Source: Cocleimonas sp.
Lineage (GTDB): Bacteria > Pseudomonadota > Gammaproteobacteria > Thiotrichales > Thiotrichaceae
Length of the DNA stretch: 64,000 nt
Reading direction: 5' to 3'
Assembly (NCBI GenBank): GCA_036960615.1
Contig: JBALXO010000004.1
Span: forward strand, 8,875 to 72,874
A program made the translations under genes and the position numbers. Position 1 is the stretch's first letter. Each line of letters opens with the position of its first letter. A model generated the notes under the pieces. The model was not told the DNA's origin. It saw only the letters and a program-made list of their open reading frames with translations, and did not search any database. Shown here piece after piece: positions 47,793-57,684 of the stretch.

Positions 47793-48440
47793 ATGATTGA
47801 ATTTAAAACAGTCAGCAAACAATATCCAACAGGGCAATTGGCGTTATATAACGTTAACGTACAGTTGCAACAAGGAGAAATGGCTTTTTTAACAGGCCAT
47901 TCTGGTGCTGGCAAAAGTACCTTATTGAAGCTCATTGCATTACTCGACAAACCTTCAAAGGGTGAAGTCATCGTAGCTGGACAGAATACGCAAAAAATTA
48001 AGCCACGTAAAATTCCCGCATTTCGCCGCAATATCGGCATGATTTTCCAAGACCATCATTTACTTGCAGATCGTACTGTTTTTGACAATATTGCCTTACC
48101 TTTAAAAATTGAAGGTATGCGACCACAAGATATTAAACGAAGAGTTCGTGCTGCTTTAGATAAAGTTAATCTGTTAGAAAAAGAAAAACAATATCCCCAA
48201 ATGCTATCTGCAGGTGAAAAACAACGTATTGGGATTGCACGTGCAGTGGTCAATAAGCCTGCAATAATTTTAGCAGATGAGCCTACAGGAAATCTCGACC
48301 CTGATCTTGCAACTGATATTATGCATACTTTTAAGCAGTTCAATGATTACGGCTCTACAGTATTAATTGCCAGCCATGACCACGCACTGATTAAAGAGAT
48401 GAAAAAGCGCATCATCGTTTTACGTAAGGTCAAAACCTAA
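47793..48440 (+). CDS. ftsE: cell division ABC transporter ATP-binding protein
   Basis: MIEFKTVSKQYPTG... is collinear with E. coli FtsE (FLTGHSGAGKSTLLKLI, IGMIFQDHHLL, LSAGEKQRIGIARA, LADEPTGNLD). The track's TTG start at 47730 adds 21 residues with no FtsE counterpart. Confidence 0.93.
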   Translation: MIEFKTVSKQYPTGQLALYNVNVQLQQGEMAFLTGHSGAGKSTLLKLIALLDKPSKGEVIVAGQNTQKIKPRKIPAFRRNIGMIFQDHHLLADRTVFDNIALPLKIEGMRPQDIKRRVRAALDKVNLLEKEKQYPQMLSAGEKQRIGIARAVVNKPAIILADEPTGNLDPDLATDIMHTFKQFNDYGSTVLIASHDHALIKEMKKRIIVLRKVKT

Positions 48441-49396
48441 TGGGGGCAAAATATAATCAGTCTGGCTCACTCGTAGGCACTCATGTTGGGCATCACAAAG
48501 AAGCTATAAGTTATAGTTTAAAGCGCTTATGGCAATCTAATTTATCTACGTGGATTACGCTTGCGGTGATTGGTATTGCTTTGTGTCTTCCAAGTAGCTT
48601 GTATCTGCTGTTACAAAACCTTAAATCACTAACAGATGATAAGCGTGAAGTACCAACAATATCTTTATTCATTAAACAAGATATCTCAGAACAACAAGCA
48701 CGTGATCGTGGTGAATTGATTGAAGAGCTATCACAAATAGACAAAGTCATTTTAGTACCTCGCGATGAAGCGCTGGCTGACTTTCGTAAAATTACGGGAT
48801 TTGCAGAAACCCTAGAGACTCTCGATGAAAACCCTTTACCGCATGTATTGGTGGTTACACCTCGTATTGATCTGATTGGTAAACCAACAGAAGACATGCA
48901 GCAGCTAGCGGAAAAATTAGAGAGCTATCCAGAGATTGATTTAGTCCAAATGGATCTCGAATGGGTAAGTCGTTTACGCAGTATTTTACGTATTACAGAG
49001 AGAGCTATTTTTATAATCTCTGGCTTACTCGCGCTTACCGTATTGTTAGTTATTGGCAACACAATTAAGTTAAATATTGAGAACCGTAAAGAAGAAATAG
49101 AAGTGTCAAAGTTAATTGGTGCTAGTGCCGCATATATCCGTAGACCCTTTTTATATACCGGTATCTGGTATGGATTATTCGGAGGCGTTATTAGTTTAGT
49201 TTTGGTGCACTTAGCTTTGATTAGTTTTGTTGGTCCCGTAAACGAATTGGCTAAACTCTATGGCAGCACTTTTATTATCACTGGCTTAAGCCTTGCAACT
49301 ACGCTTTATATTTTACTGGCTAGTAGCGCCTTGGGTTTAATCGGTGCATGGCTTGCGGTTGGTCGACATTTGCGTGATTCATCCATCCCAAGCTAA
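48440..49396 (+). CDS. ftsX: cell division ABC transporter permease
   Basis: FtsX layout with a periplasmic loop after TM1 and three C-terminal TMs. ATG overlaps the ftsE stop (TAATG). Confidence 0.9.
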   Translation: MGAKYNQSGSLVGTHVGHHKEAISYSLKRLWQSNLSTWITLAVIGIALCLPSSLYLLLQNLKSLTDDKREVPTISLFIKQDISEQQARDRGELIEELSQIDKVILVPRDEALADFRKITGFAETLETLDENPLPHVLVVTPRIDLIGKPTEDMQQLAEKLESYPEIDLVQMDLEWVSRLRSILRITERAIFIISGLLALTVLLVIGNTIKLNIENRKEEIEVSKLIGASAAYIRRPFLYTGIWYGLFGGVISLVLVHLALISFVGPVNELAKLYGSTFIITGLSLATTLYILLASSALGLIGAWLAVGRHLRDSSIPS

Positions 49397-49409
49397 ACCA
49401 TAGAATAAT

Positions 49410-50162
49410 ATGCCAGCTGCCGATCCGTTTAATTTTATCATCCTTGCGATTGTGGGTGCTGTAGCAGGTTTTCTAAACGTACTCGCAGGTGGAGGTTCAG
49501 CCTTAACCATTCCGCTAATGATCTTTTTGGGTTACGACGCAACCGTTGCAAATGGCTCCAATCGCATCGCAATTCAGGTCGAAGCATTAACTGCTGTGGC
49601 AGCGTATAAAAAAGAAAAACATTCAGATTTTCCTTTCAGTTTAAAACTTTCATTAATGACTCTACCTGGTGGAATCCTGGGTGCGTTTTATGCAGTAAAA
49701 ATTGATGATGCACTTTTTACCAAAGTTTTAGGCGTGGTGATGTTATTGATTATTGTCACCCTCATGTTCCCTAAATCAGAAGTCATTGCACACGCAAAAA
49801 ATCATAAATGGAGCAGTTGGTTGCAATGGCCAGTTATGTTCGCTGTAGGGTTTTATGGTGGCTTTATTCAGGCAGGCGTGGGCTTTGTTATCATGGCAAC
49901 TCTACTTCATTTGTACGGAATGGATCTAATTAAGATCAATATGCACAAGGTATTTATCGTGATGGTGTTTACCGTGCCTGCGGTAATTATGTTTATCTGG
50001 ACTGATAATGTGAACTGGTTCGCTGCTGTAGCTTTATCTATCGGGATGATGGCGGGAACCTTAGTGGCCGTAAAAATATCCTTGAACAAGGGTGAGAAGT
50101 TTGTACGGATGATATTGGGAATTTCTCTATTGATTATTGCAGCAAAACTGTTTTTATTGTAA
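49410..50162 (+). CDS. TauE/SafE-family anion exporter membrane protein
   Basis: 250 aa, ~8 TM, duplicated GGGS/GGF motifs (LAGGGSALTIPLMIF; GFYGGFIQAGVG). Confidence 0.78.
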   Translation: MPAADPFNFIILAIVGAVAGFLNVLAGGGSALTIPLMIFLGYDATVANGSNRIAIQVEALTAVAAYKKEKHSDFPFSLKLSLMTLPGGILGAFYAVKIDDALFTKVLGVVMLLIIVTLMFPKSEVIAHAKNHKWSSWLQWPVMFAVGFYGGFIQAGVGFVIMATLLHLYGMDLIKINMHKVFIVMVFTVPAVIMFIWTDNVNWFAAVALSIGMMAGTLVAVKISLNKGEKFVRMILGISLLIIAAKLFLL

Positions 50163-50177
50163 TTGAAGTTCCAGCTA

Positions 50178-50209
50178 GGAATAGCCAAAAAGGTAGGGGG
50201 TGTCATTTT
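50178..50209 (-). repeat. C-rich extragenic repeat, copy 14 (left arm of head-to-head pair)
   Basis: Minus strand reads AAAATGACACCCCCTACCTTTTTGGCTATTCC. On the plus strand it is the G-rich arm that can pair with copy 15. Confidence 0.85.
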
Positions 50210-50275
50210 ATTGTTTAATAACTGAATCAAAAACTCCCCGCCCATAACCCATATACAACATACGAAAATAACGAT

Positions 50276-50311
50276 AAAAATGACACCCACCACCTTTTTA
50301 TGAGTTTTTAC
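50276..50311 (+). repeat. C-rich extragenic repeat, copy 15 (right arm of head-to-head pair)
   Basis: AAAAATGACACCCACCACCTTTTTATGAGTTTTTAC, 114 nt after the tauE-like stop. Confidence 0.85.
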
Positions 50312-50417
50312 AAAACTCACCCTTTGGGTAATTGTCTCTACGCTCCAACATTATCTCACTAGCTCGGCTGAAACTTTCTACCAAAACATTGATCTAGATC
50401 CATAAATTATTCTGTTT

Positions 50418-50445
50418 CTTGAATAGTATTAGCTTGTCCATATCT
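50418..50445 (+). promoter_or_regulatory. sigma-32 (RpoH)-like heat-shock promoter of clpB
   Basis: CTTGAAT-N13-CCATATCT compared with the consensus CTTGAAA-N13-15-CCCCATNT, ~70 nt upstream of the clpB ATG. Confidence 0.55.
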
Positions 50446-50513
50446 TATTACCATCTGTGAGCAATTTTCGCTCACCCAAAAAAACTAGTTAGATAACAAA
50501 TTTAGGTAACACC

Positions 50514-53144
50514 ATGAGAACAGATAAATTAACCAGTAAGTTTCAATTGGCATTGCAAGATGCTCAGTCGCTTGCCTTAGGTCGTGATCATCAATTTATA
50601 GAGCCTAATCATTTAATGATCGCTTTACTCGATCAAGAAGGTGGCAGTGCGCGAAGTTTGCTTATGCAGGCTGGAGTAAATGTTAATATGTTGCGTTCTC
50701 AATTAGGAGAAGCATTGGATCGAATGCCTAGCGTTTCCGGTGGGGATGCTGGAGATATTCATATATCAAATGACTTAACACGCGTCTTAAACGTAACGGA
50801 TAAATTAGCTCAAAAAAGAAATGACCAATATATTTCTTCAGATCTATTTATCCTTGCTGCGCTAGACGACAAAGGTGAACTAGGAACTATTTTAAAAAAT
50901 AATGGTGGGACTAAAGCGGCATTAGAGAAAGCAGTAGAAACGGTTCGTGGTGGGCAATCAGTTGATGACCCAAATGCTGAAGATCAACGTGAAGCCTTAA
51001 AAAAATACACGATTGATCTCACCGAACGTGCAGAACAAGGCAAGATTGATCCTATTATTGGGCGTGATGAAGAAATCCGTCGTATGGTGCAAATCCTTCA
51101 ACGTCGCACCAAGAACAACCCAGTAATTATTGGCGAACCTGGTGTGGGTAAAACTGCTTTAGTAGAAGGTTTAGCTCAACGTATCGTAAATGGTGAAGTA
51201 CCTGATAGCTTTAAAAATAAGCGTCTACTATCACTCGATCTCGCAGCACTGCTAGCCGGTGCTAAATTCCGCGGTGATTTTGAAGAGCGTCTTAAGGCAG
51301 TGCTGGCAGATATAGCAAAGTCTGAAGGCAATGTGATTCTTTTTATCGATGAACTTCACACCATGGTCGGCGCAGGTGCAGCCGAAGGTTCGATGGATGC
51401 TGGCAATATGCTAAAACCAGCCTTAGCGCGTGGTGAATTACATTGTGTTGGTGCAACGACCTTAGACGAGCATAGAAAGTACATCGAAAAAGATGCCGCC
51501 CTAGAACGCCGTTTCCAAAAAATTATTGTTGATGAGCCTACTGTTGAAGATACGATTGCGATCTTACGTGGTTTAAAAGAAAAGTATGAGGCGCATCACG
51601 GGGTCGAAATTACCGACCCTGCAATTGTAGCTGCTGCAACACTTTCACATCGTTACATTACTGATCGTCAATTGCCTGATAAGGCGATTGACCTGATTGA
51701 TGAAGCGGCATCTCGCATCCGTTTAGAAATCGACTCAAAACCTGAAGCAATGGATAAACTAGAGCGCAAATTAATCCAATACAAAATCGAACGTGAAGCC
51801 TTAAAGAAAGAAAGTGATGATGCCTCGAAGAAGCGTTTGAGTGAGATTGAAGAGAAAATTGCAATCCAAGAAAAGGAATTTTCTGACTTGGAAGAAATAT
51901 GGAAATCAGAAAAATCTGCAGTTCAAGGTACCGCACATATTAAAGAAGCACTCGACCAAGCACGTATTGAGTTAGAAACAGCTCATCGTGCGAGTGATTT
52001 GCAGCGTATGTCTGAATTACAATACGGACGTATTCCTGAGCTAGAAAAGCAAATAGAAGCTGCCAGTGATGTAGATGAAAATGAACATTTTCAACTATTG
52101 CGTAATAAAGTCACCGAAGAAGAAATTGCTGAAATTGTTGCGATGTGGACAGGAATTCCAGTATCAAAAATGCTTGAAGGCGAACGCGACAAATTGTTAC
52201 GCATGGAAGATGAATTACGTAAGCAGGTGATTGGACAAGAAGAAGCGGTAATTTCTGTTTCTAATGCGATCAGACGCTCACGTGCAGGCTTATCTGACCC
52301 GAATCGACCTAATGGGTCGTTCTTGTTCCTCGGCCCGACGGGTGTTGGTAAAACTGAATTAACCAAAGCCTTAGCTAATTTCTTGTTTGATACGCCTGAT
52401 GCAATGGTTCGGATTGATATGTCTGAATTCATGGAAAAACATTCAGTTGCTAGATTGATAGGAGCACCTCCAGGTTATGTTGGTTATGAGGAAGGTGGTT
52501 ATTTAACTGAACTCGTGCGTCGCAAGCCTTATTCGGTCGTGCTGCTAGATGAAGTTGAAAAAGCACATCCCGATGTGTTCAATATTTTATTACAGGTTTT
52601 AGATGATGGCCGTTTAACCGATGGCCAAGGACGCACCGTTGATTTTAAAAATACAGTAATTGTCATGACGTCTAACTTAGGTTCGGATGTGATTCAACAA
52701 ATGTCGACCTTGGAAGGCTATGCAGATGATACTGCGACTGATGATGGTAAGACTGCTTCAGATAGTTATACCTTAATGAAAGCTGCAGTGATGGCAAAAG
52801 TCGGAACCCATTTCCGCCCTGAATTTATCAATCGTATTGACGATAGCGTGGTATTTAAACCATTAGGTAAAACTGAGATCCGTCAGATTGCTGCTATTCA
52901 ATTGCAGATATTAAATAAACGTTTAGCTGAAAATGATATCAACATCGAATTTAGTGAAGCAGCACTTGATCTGATTGGCGCTGAAGGATTTGATCCTGTT
53001 TACGGCGCACGTCCATTAAAACGTGCGATTCAAAGTGAATTGGAAAATCCATTGGCGCAGAAGTTATTGGGCGGTGAATTTGCCGCAGGCGATACCATCA
53101 AGGTAGATGTTAAAAATGGTGAGGTTGTTTTCACTAAGGCTTAA
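50514..53144 (+). CDS. clpB: protein disaggregase ClpB
   Basis: 876 aa with a Clp N domain, two AAA modules (GEPGVGKTA; GPTGVGKTE) and the long middle coiled coil. Confidence 0.97.
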   Translation: MRTDKLTSKFQLALQDAQSLALGRDHQFIEPNHLMIALLDQEGGSARSLLMQAGVNVNMLRSQLGEALDRMPSVSGGDAGDIHISNDLTRVLNVTDKLAQKRNDQYISSDLFILAALDDKGELGTILKNNGGTKAALEKAVETVRGGQSVDDPNAEDQREALKKYTIDLTERAEQGKIDPIIGRDEEIRRMVQILQRRTKNNPVIIGEPGVGKTALVEGLAQRIVNGEVPDSFKNKRLLSLDLAALLAGAKFRGDFEERLKAVLADIAKSEGNVILFIDELHTMVGAGAAEGSMDAGNMLKPALARGELHCVGATTLDEHRKYIEKDAALERRFQKIIVDEPTVEDTIAILRGLKEKYEAHHGVEITDPAIVAAATLSHRYITDRQLPDKAIDLIDEAASRIRLEIDSKPEAMDKLERKLIQYKIEREALKKESDDASKKRLSEIEEKIAIQEKEFSDLEEIWKSEKSAVQGTAHIKEALDQARIELETAHRASDLQRMSELQYGRIPELEKQIEAASDVDENEHFQLLRNKVTEEEIAEIVAMWTGIPVSKMLEGERDKLLRMEDELRKQVIGQEEAVISVSNAIRRSRAGLSDPNRPNGSFLFLGPTGVGKTELTKALANFLFDTPDAMVRIDMSEFMEKHSVARLIGAPPGYVGYEEGGYLTELVRRKPYSVVLLDEVEKAHPDVFNILLQVLDDGRLTDGQGRTVDFKNTVIVMTSNLGSDVIQQMSTLEGYADDTATDDGKTASDSYTLMKAAVMAKVGTHFRPEFINRIDDSVVFKPLGKTEIRQIAAIQLQILNKRLAENDINIEFSEAALDLIGAEGFDPVYGARPLKRAIQSELENPLAQKLLGGEFAAGDTIKVDVKNGEVVFTKA

Positions 53145-53170
53145 TTTGTAAATATGGTAAAAAATAGATG

Positions 53171-53199
53171 TCTCCTTGATTCACTAGGAATCAGGGAGA
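53171..53199 (+). terminator. 12-bp hairpin downstream of clpB
   Basis: TCTCCTTGATTC-ACTAG-GAATCAGGGAGA (one G-U pair), 27 nt after the stop. There is no adjacent U-tract, so terminator function is tentative. Confidence 0.45.
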
Positions 53200-53264
53200 T
53201 AGTAGAGCTATTTTCGAAAGGTAAGTGCCGGAGAAGGTCGAAACATTGCACTGATATATTATAT

Positions 53265-53297
53265 AAAGACACCCCCCTCCTTTTTGCCTGTTTTAAA
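53265..53297 (+). repeat. C-rich extragenic repeat, copy 16
   Basis: AAAGACACCCCCCTCCTTTTTGCCTGTTTTAAA, 121 nt after the clpB stop. It abuts the zapD stop codon on the other strand. Confidence 0.9.
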
Positions 53298-54059
53298 TTA
53301 GAAACTATACAATCTCAAAGTAAAATCAACGTCTTCAACAATCTGCTTACCTTTGTCTTCCAGGTTACTCGCATCGACAAAGCGTACGGAAAAACGTTGT
53401 TTACCCGCACTGATTTCAGGATAGAGTTTGGCGTTCTCTTCTAGTCCAATAGAAATAATTTGATAATCTATTTCATGACTTAAAGTGGCTTGATAGAAAC
53501 CACCTGGAGCAATTTCTTGGCTGGTTTGGATGCCTTGATAGATTAAATCCATCAGCAACTCTACCGCTTCAAACGCAATTTCATAAGGTCTTGCCCAACT
53601 TCGCAAATCCTCCACTCGTTTCTCTTCAGTAAGATTTAACCAATGATTGAATAGAGGTACATCAAGATCGTTAACGCCCCCCGCTATTGAACCACGCTGC
53701 TTGAGAATATTTAGAAAATTATGTGTTTTTAAATGTTGCCCTAACTGCCCACGAAAACTATAGAGTCGCTTACTTTTTTCTTCAAGTTTTTCAAGAATGC
53801 GTCGGACACGTCCCATATCGACTCCCTCAACACCTTCAGCCATTCTGACGGCTTGAGTTTGCACATCTAACACATGCAAAGCGGCATTTTTTACGTCTAA
53901 ACGTGAAGACAGATTGTAGAGCTCTAACAACACTACAATGGCTGCCTGACAATTCTCAGGAGTTGGATTATCTAAATGAAAGTTGAAACGTCTTATTAAA
54001 TAACTTAGCCGCATAAACAGGCGAGTTTTTTCGTTAAGTGGGTGTTCGTAAACTGCCAT
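53298..54059 (-). CDS. zapD: cell division protein ZapD
   Basis: YEHPLNEKTRLFMRLSYL N-terminus and overall collinearity with E. coli ZapD/YacF. Located downstream of coaE, as in E. coli. Confidence 0.88.
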   Translation of the reverse strand: MAVYEHPLNEKTRLFMRLSYLIRRFNFHLDNPTPENCQAAIVVLLELYNLSSRLDVKNAALHVLDVQTQAVRMAEGVEGVDMGRVRRILEKLEEKSKRLYSFRGQLGQHLKTHNFLNILKQRGSIAGGVNDLDVPLFNHWLNLTEEKRVEDLRSWARPYEIAFEAVELLMDLIYQGIQTSQEIAPGGFYQATLSHEIDYQIISIGLEENAKLYPEISAGKQRFSVRFVDASNLEDKGKQIVEDVDFTLRLYSF

Positions 54060-54140
54060 AGAAACTTGGTTACTAGTTAAGGTTGCTGATTAAGTTGAAA
54101 GCAATCGAATTAGGTGATCTTGTTAGTAAGTATAACAGAG

Positions 54141-54776
54141 CTATTGATCCGATAAACTCACAAACTGCTGATGTAACTGTTTAACTTGCGATAATAAATG
54201 CTCAACATCTTTACTGTTATCTAAGATATCAGTAGCAACTTCTTGCCTTTGTTCTCTCGTTGCTTGCTGTTCTATTATCTTTAAAATGGTTTCTTCATCC
54301 ATACCATCACGATTCTTTACTCGATTAAGTTGCTGTTCTGCCGAACAATCCACAACCACAATACGATCAAATAATGACTCATATTCCTTTTCAACTAAGA
54401 GCGGAATATCAACCAAAATGTAGGGGTATTTTATTGTTTGAGTATCCGCCCAATCCATCATTGATTTGATTTCTTCACTAATTATAGGGTGAGTGATTTT
54501 TTCTAGATTGGCCAAGGCTTGCTCGGCCTCTTTGGTTGGCGCAAAAATGATTTTTTTTAGCTTTGCTCTATCTAAAGCACCATTTAATAAAAGAATATCA
54601 TGACCGAAGAGTTCAGCTATTTCAGTTAATGCTTTTGTACCAGGTTCTACAATATCCCGAGCGACTTGGTCCGCATCAAGAATCATTGCACCCAAAGCGC
54701 GAAATTCATCAACGGCAGTACTTTTACCGCAACCTATTCCACCTGTTAAACCTACCTTTAGCAAATTTTTCCCCAT
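54141..54776 (-). CDS. coaE: dephospho-CoA kinase
   Basis: VGLTGGIGCGKST P-loop, 211 aa. Confidence 0.92.
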   Translation of the reverse strand: MGKNLLKVGLTGGIGCGKSTAVDEFRALGAMILDADQVARDIVEPGTKALTEIAELFGHDILLLNGALDRAKLKKIIFAPTKEAEQALANLEKITHPIISEEIKSMMDWADTQTIKYPYILVDIPLLVEKEYESLFDRIVVVDCSAEQQLNRVKNRDGMDEETILKIIEQQATREQRQEVATDILDNSKDVEHLLSQVKQLHQQFVSLSDQ

Positions 54777-54894
54777 TTCTTAATCGGTTTTTAGAATTTA
54801 AAACCGTCATGATTCATACATCAAATATTACGGCAAGTATGACAACAAAATTTCTGACTTGTTACACTTTATTAATAGAAATCTATAAATGGGA

Positions 54895-56856
54895 CTAACT
54901 TAAAAGCTCAGATCTACCTCGGTATTCATCTAAAGCTTCTGGATTCGCGAGGGATTCGCTATTTTTAATCGCTTCATTATGAATGCAGCATCTGACCGCA
55001 ATTTCGACAATTTTACCGCTTTTAGTTCGTGGTATATCACTTACCTGCAACACTTTAGCGGGTACATGACGAGGCGTAGTGTTACTGCGAATCTGTAACT
55101 TTATCTTTTTACTTAGTTCGTCATTCAATAACAATCCATCACTCAATTTTACAAAGAGCACCACTCTAATATCATCCTGCCAGTCTTGTCCTACAACGAT
55201 TGATTCTTGAACTTCATCGAGCTTTTCTACTTGGCGATAGATTTCTGCGGTTCCAATGCGCACGCCACCGGGGTTCAATACTGTATCCGAACGTCCATAA
55301 AAAATCAGACCACCATTATCGGTTTCGCTAACATAATCACCATGGCACCAGATGTTTTCGTATTTAGCAAAATACGCATCGTGGTATTTTTTATTTTCAG
55401 GATCATTCCAAAAGTAAATAGGCATGGCAGGAAATGGTTTAGTACAAACTAACTCTCCTTTGCTATTGATAACAGCATCGGCTTTATCATTCCAAACTTC
55501 AACAGCCATACCCAAACCTTTGGTTTGTAATTCACCCCGATGAACAGGCAAAGCTACAGCGCCTAATGCGAAACAAGAAACAATGTCTGTACCTCCTGAG
55601 ATAGATGATAAACAAACATCACTTTTGATATTTTTATAAGCATAATCAAAACTTTCTGGAACCAGTACTGAGCCAGTCGACAGAATACATTTTAAGTTTT
55701 TTAGCTCGTGTGTTTGAGTAAAGTCGATGCCAGCTTTGCGTAAACCATCAATATATTTAGCTGATGTCCCAAATACACTGATATTTTCCTTTTGAGCATA
55801 ATCCAACAAAATAGTCTCATCAGGGTAAAACGGCGAGCCATCATAAAGCATCAATGTTGCACCTGTAGCTAAGCAACTAACTAGCCAATTCCACATCATC
55901 CAACCGCAGGTAGTGAAATAGAACACTTTATCCTCTGGCTTTACATCTGCATGCAGAATATGTTCTTTTAAGTGTTGTAGCAGTGTTCCGCCAATGCCGT
56001 GAACTATACATTTGGGAACACCTGTCGTGCCCGAAGAATACATAATGTACAAGGGTGCATTGAAAGGCATGCGCGTGTATTCAATCTCTGCTTGAGTGTA
56101 TTCAGATAGGATTTGAGGATAGTATGTAGAACCTTCTAGCTTATCTTCATTCGCATAAGGCACAACTATAGTGTTTTCGATTGAATCTAAAGAAGTACAT
56201 ATAGTTTTAATTTTATCTAAACAATCATGTGTCTTGCCGTTATAAAAATAGGCATTACAAGTAATCAGTAGCTTAGGTTTTACTTGGCCAAAGCGATCTA
56301 AAACGCCTTGAACGCCAAAGTCAGGAGAACATGATGTCCAAACAGCGCCGATACTGCTGGTTGCTAACATGGCGACAACGGCTTCTGGCATATTCGGCAT
56401 AAAACCTGCAACTACATCACCGGCTTTTATATCCTTATCTCGAAGATATTGACTTAGGCTTGCTACCTGTTGTTTTAGATTTGAAAAATTGAGTTTAAGC
56501 TTTTGTTGGTCTTCACCCCAAAAAACAATAGCCTCAGAATGTTGCTCTCTATTCTTTTCATTTAACAAATTTTCAGCAAAATTAACTTTTGAATCAGAAA
56601 ACCAAACAGCTCCTGGCATTAGATTTTCGTTATCAAGTATCTGAGTTCCCTTATCACCAATGACATCGGTAAAGTACCAGAGCTCTTCCCAGAATAACTT
56701 AGGATTATCTATCGACCAAGCATGTAAACTTTGAAAAGAACTTAACCTTAAGTCGAACTTATCATTTAAGTGATTAGTAAATTTTGTGCTATTGGCTTGT
56801 TCAACTTGCTCTTCAGTAGGTGACCAGAGAATATTATTCTTAATAGTTTGATTCAT
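54895..56856 (-). CDS. acetoacetyl-CoA synthetase (acetoacetate-CoA ligase)
   Basis: 653 aa. The N-terminus (ILWSPTEE...F...L.....S...LH.WSI.NP..FW..LW) and AMP-binding blocks (YIMYSSGTTGVPKCIVH, YGRSDTVLNPGGVRIGTAEIY, PRTKSGK) are typical of acetoacetyl-CoA synthetases rather than Acs. Confidence 0.82.
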   Translation of the reverse strand: MNQTIKNNILWSPTEEQVEQANSTKFTNHLNDKFDLRLSSFQSLHAWSIDNPKLFWEELWYFTDVIGDKGTQILDNENLMPGAVWFSDSKVNFAENLLNEKNREQHSEAIVFWGEDQQKLKLNFSNLKQQVASLSQYLRDKDIKAGDVVAGFMPNMPEAVVAMLATSSIGAVWTSCSPDFGVQGVLDRFGQVKPKLLITCNAYFYNGKTHDCLDKIKTICTSLDSIENTIVVPYANEDKLEGSTYYPQILSEYTQAEIEYTRMPFNAPLYIMYSSGTTGVPKCIVHGIGGTLLQHLKEHILHADVKPEDKVFYFTTCGWMMWNWLVSCLATGATLMLYDGSPFYPDETILLDYAQKENISVFGTSAKYIDGLRKAGIDFTQTHELKNLKCILSTGSVLVPESFDYAYKNIKSDVCLSSISGGTDIVSCFALGAVALPVHRGELQTKGLGMAVEVWNDKADAVINSKGELVCTKPFPAMPIYFWNDPENKKYHDAYFAKYENIWCHGDYVSETDNGGLIFYGRSDTVLNPGGVRIGTAEIYRQVEKLDEVQESIVVGQDWQDDIRVVLFVKLSDGLLLNDELSKKIKLQIRSNTTPRHVPAKVLQVSDIPRTKSGKIVEIAVRCCIHNEAIKNSESLANPEALDEYRGRSELLS

Positions 56857-56859
56857 CTA

Positions 56860-57684
56860 TTACCAATCCGGTCGCATAATGTCAGCAGCTTCAGCAAAAT
56901 TTGCACTATGTAGATTATTATTTTTCAAGTGTTGAGCTATTTGATTTATCAAAGACGCATTATCTTCAGCTTCTGAACCATCCGCCAATACACTATTATT
57001 TTCGAAGCCAATTCTTATATGCCCACCTAGACTTGCTGCGAGCTTTGCGGCAGAGAACTCGTTCTCACCAAATGCACAAATCATCCAACTCGATGCTTGT
57101 AAGTTTTTTACATTCTCATCGTTGAGATAACTATTTTCAAAACTTCCTTCGGGCGTTGGTTTACCAATAACCAGCAGAATAGGATAAGTGTTCCCGGGCA
57201 ATACTTTTCTGGCTAACCAATCATGGTAATTATTCAGATCATATTCATTGTAGAGAATAATTTGAGGATGAATATTTGCTGCTTTCATCTTGATAAAATG
57301 TTCATGAATCACATTTTCATCAAGACTTTTGATTTCTCTTAAACCAATAGAAACTGCTCCCGGCTTGAGTAAATGAATCATTTCAAATTGTTCGTCAGGG
57401 GTATAAATACCTACGGCTTCAGAAGTGACCTGAACAAACATTTGTTGCTGACATGAACTATCAATTGCATCAATTGCCTTTTGATAAAGTTCGGCTGAAA
57501 GACTATGCGAATTATCGTCAGGATTACGCACATGCAAATGGATCATGCTTGCGCCCACAGTCATACAGTCGTTAGCTGTTTGAGCAGTTTCAGCTGAACT
57601 TAACGGTATCATTGGATGATCACTTTTTGTTTTGCGCGCCCCATTGGGAGCAACCGCTACTAATATGTTTCCTTTTCTGTTCAT
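56860..57684 (-). CDS. beta-keto acid cleavage enzyme (BKACE / DUF849, 3-keto-5-aminohexanoate cleavage enzyme family)
   Basis: VAPNGARKTKSDHPMIPLSSAETAQTANDCMTVGASMIHLHVRNPDDNSHS is the BKACE N-terminal signature; 274 aa TIM-barrel size. Confidence 0.8.
   Translation of the reverse strand: MNRKGNILVAVAPNGARKTKSDHPMIPLSSAETAQTANDCMTVGASMIHLHVRNPDDNSHSLSAELYQKAIDAIDSSCQQQMFVQVTSEAVGIYTPDEQFEMIHLLKPGAVSIGLREIKSLDENVIHEHFIKMKAANIHPQIILYNEYDLNNYHDWLARKVLPGNTYPILLVIGKPTPEGSFENSYLNDENVKNLQASSWMICAFGENEFSAAKLAASLGGHIRIGFENNSVLADGSEAEDNASLINQIAQHLKNNNLHSANFAEAADIMRPDW

Noticed and set aside
49907-50320. 137-aa minus-strand ORF overlapping the tauE-like 3' end and the intergenic repeat pair
   Set aside because: It overlaps a well-supported membrane-protein gene on the other strand. 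It runs straight through two copies of the extragenic repeat. No motif was recognised.
53154-53444. 96-aa plus-strand ORF downstream of clpB
   Set aside because: It runs through the clpB hairpin and repeat copy 16, and then antisense into zapD. No recognisable motif.
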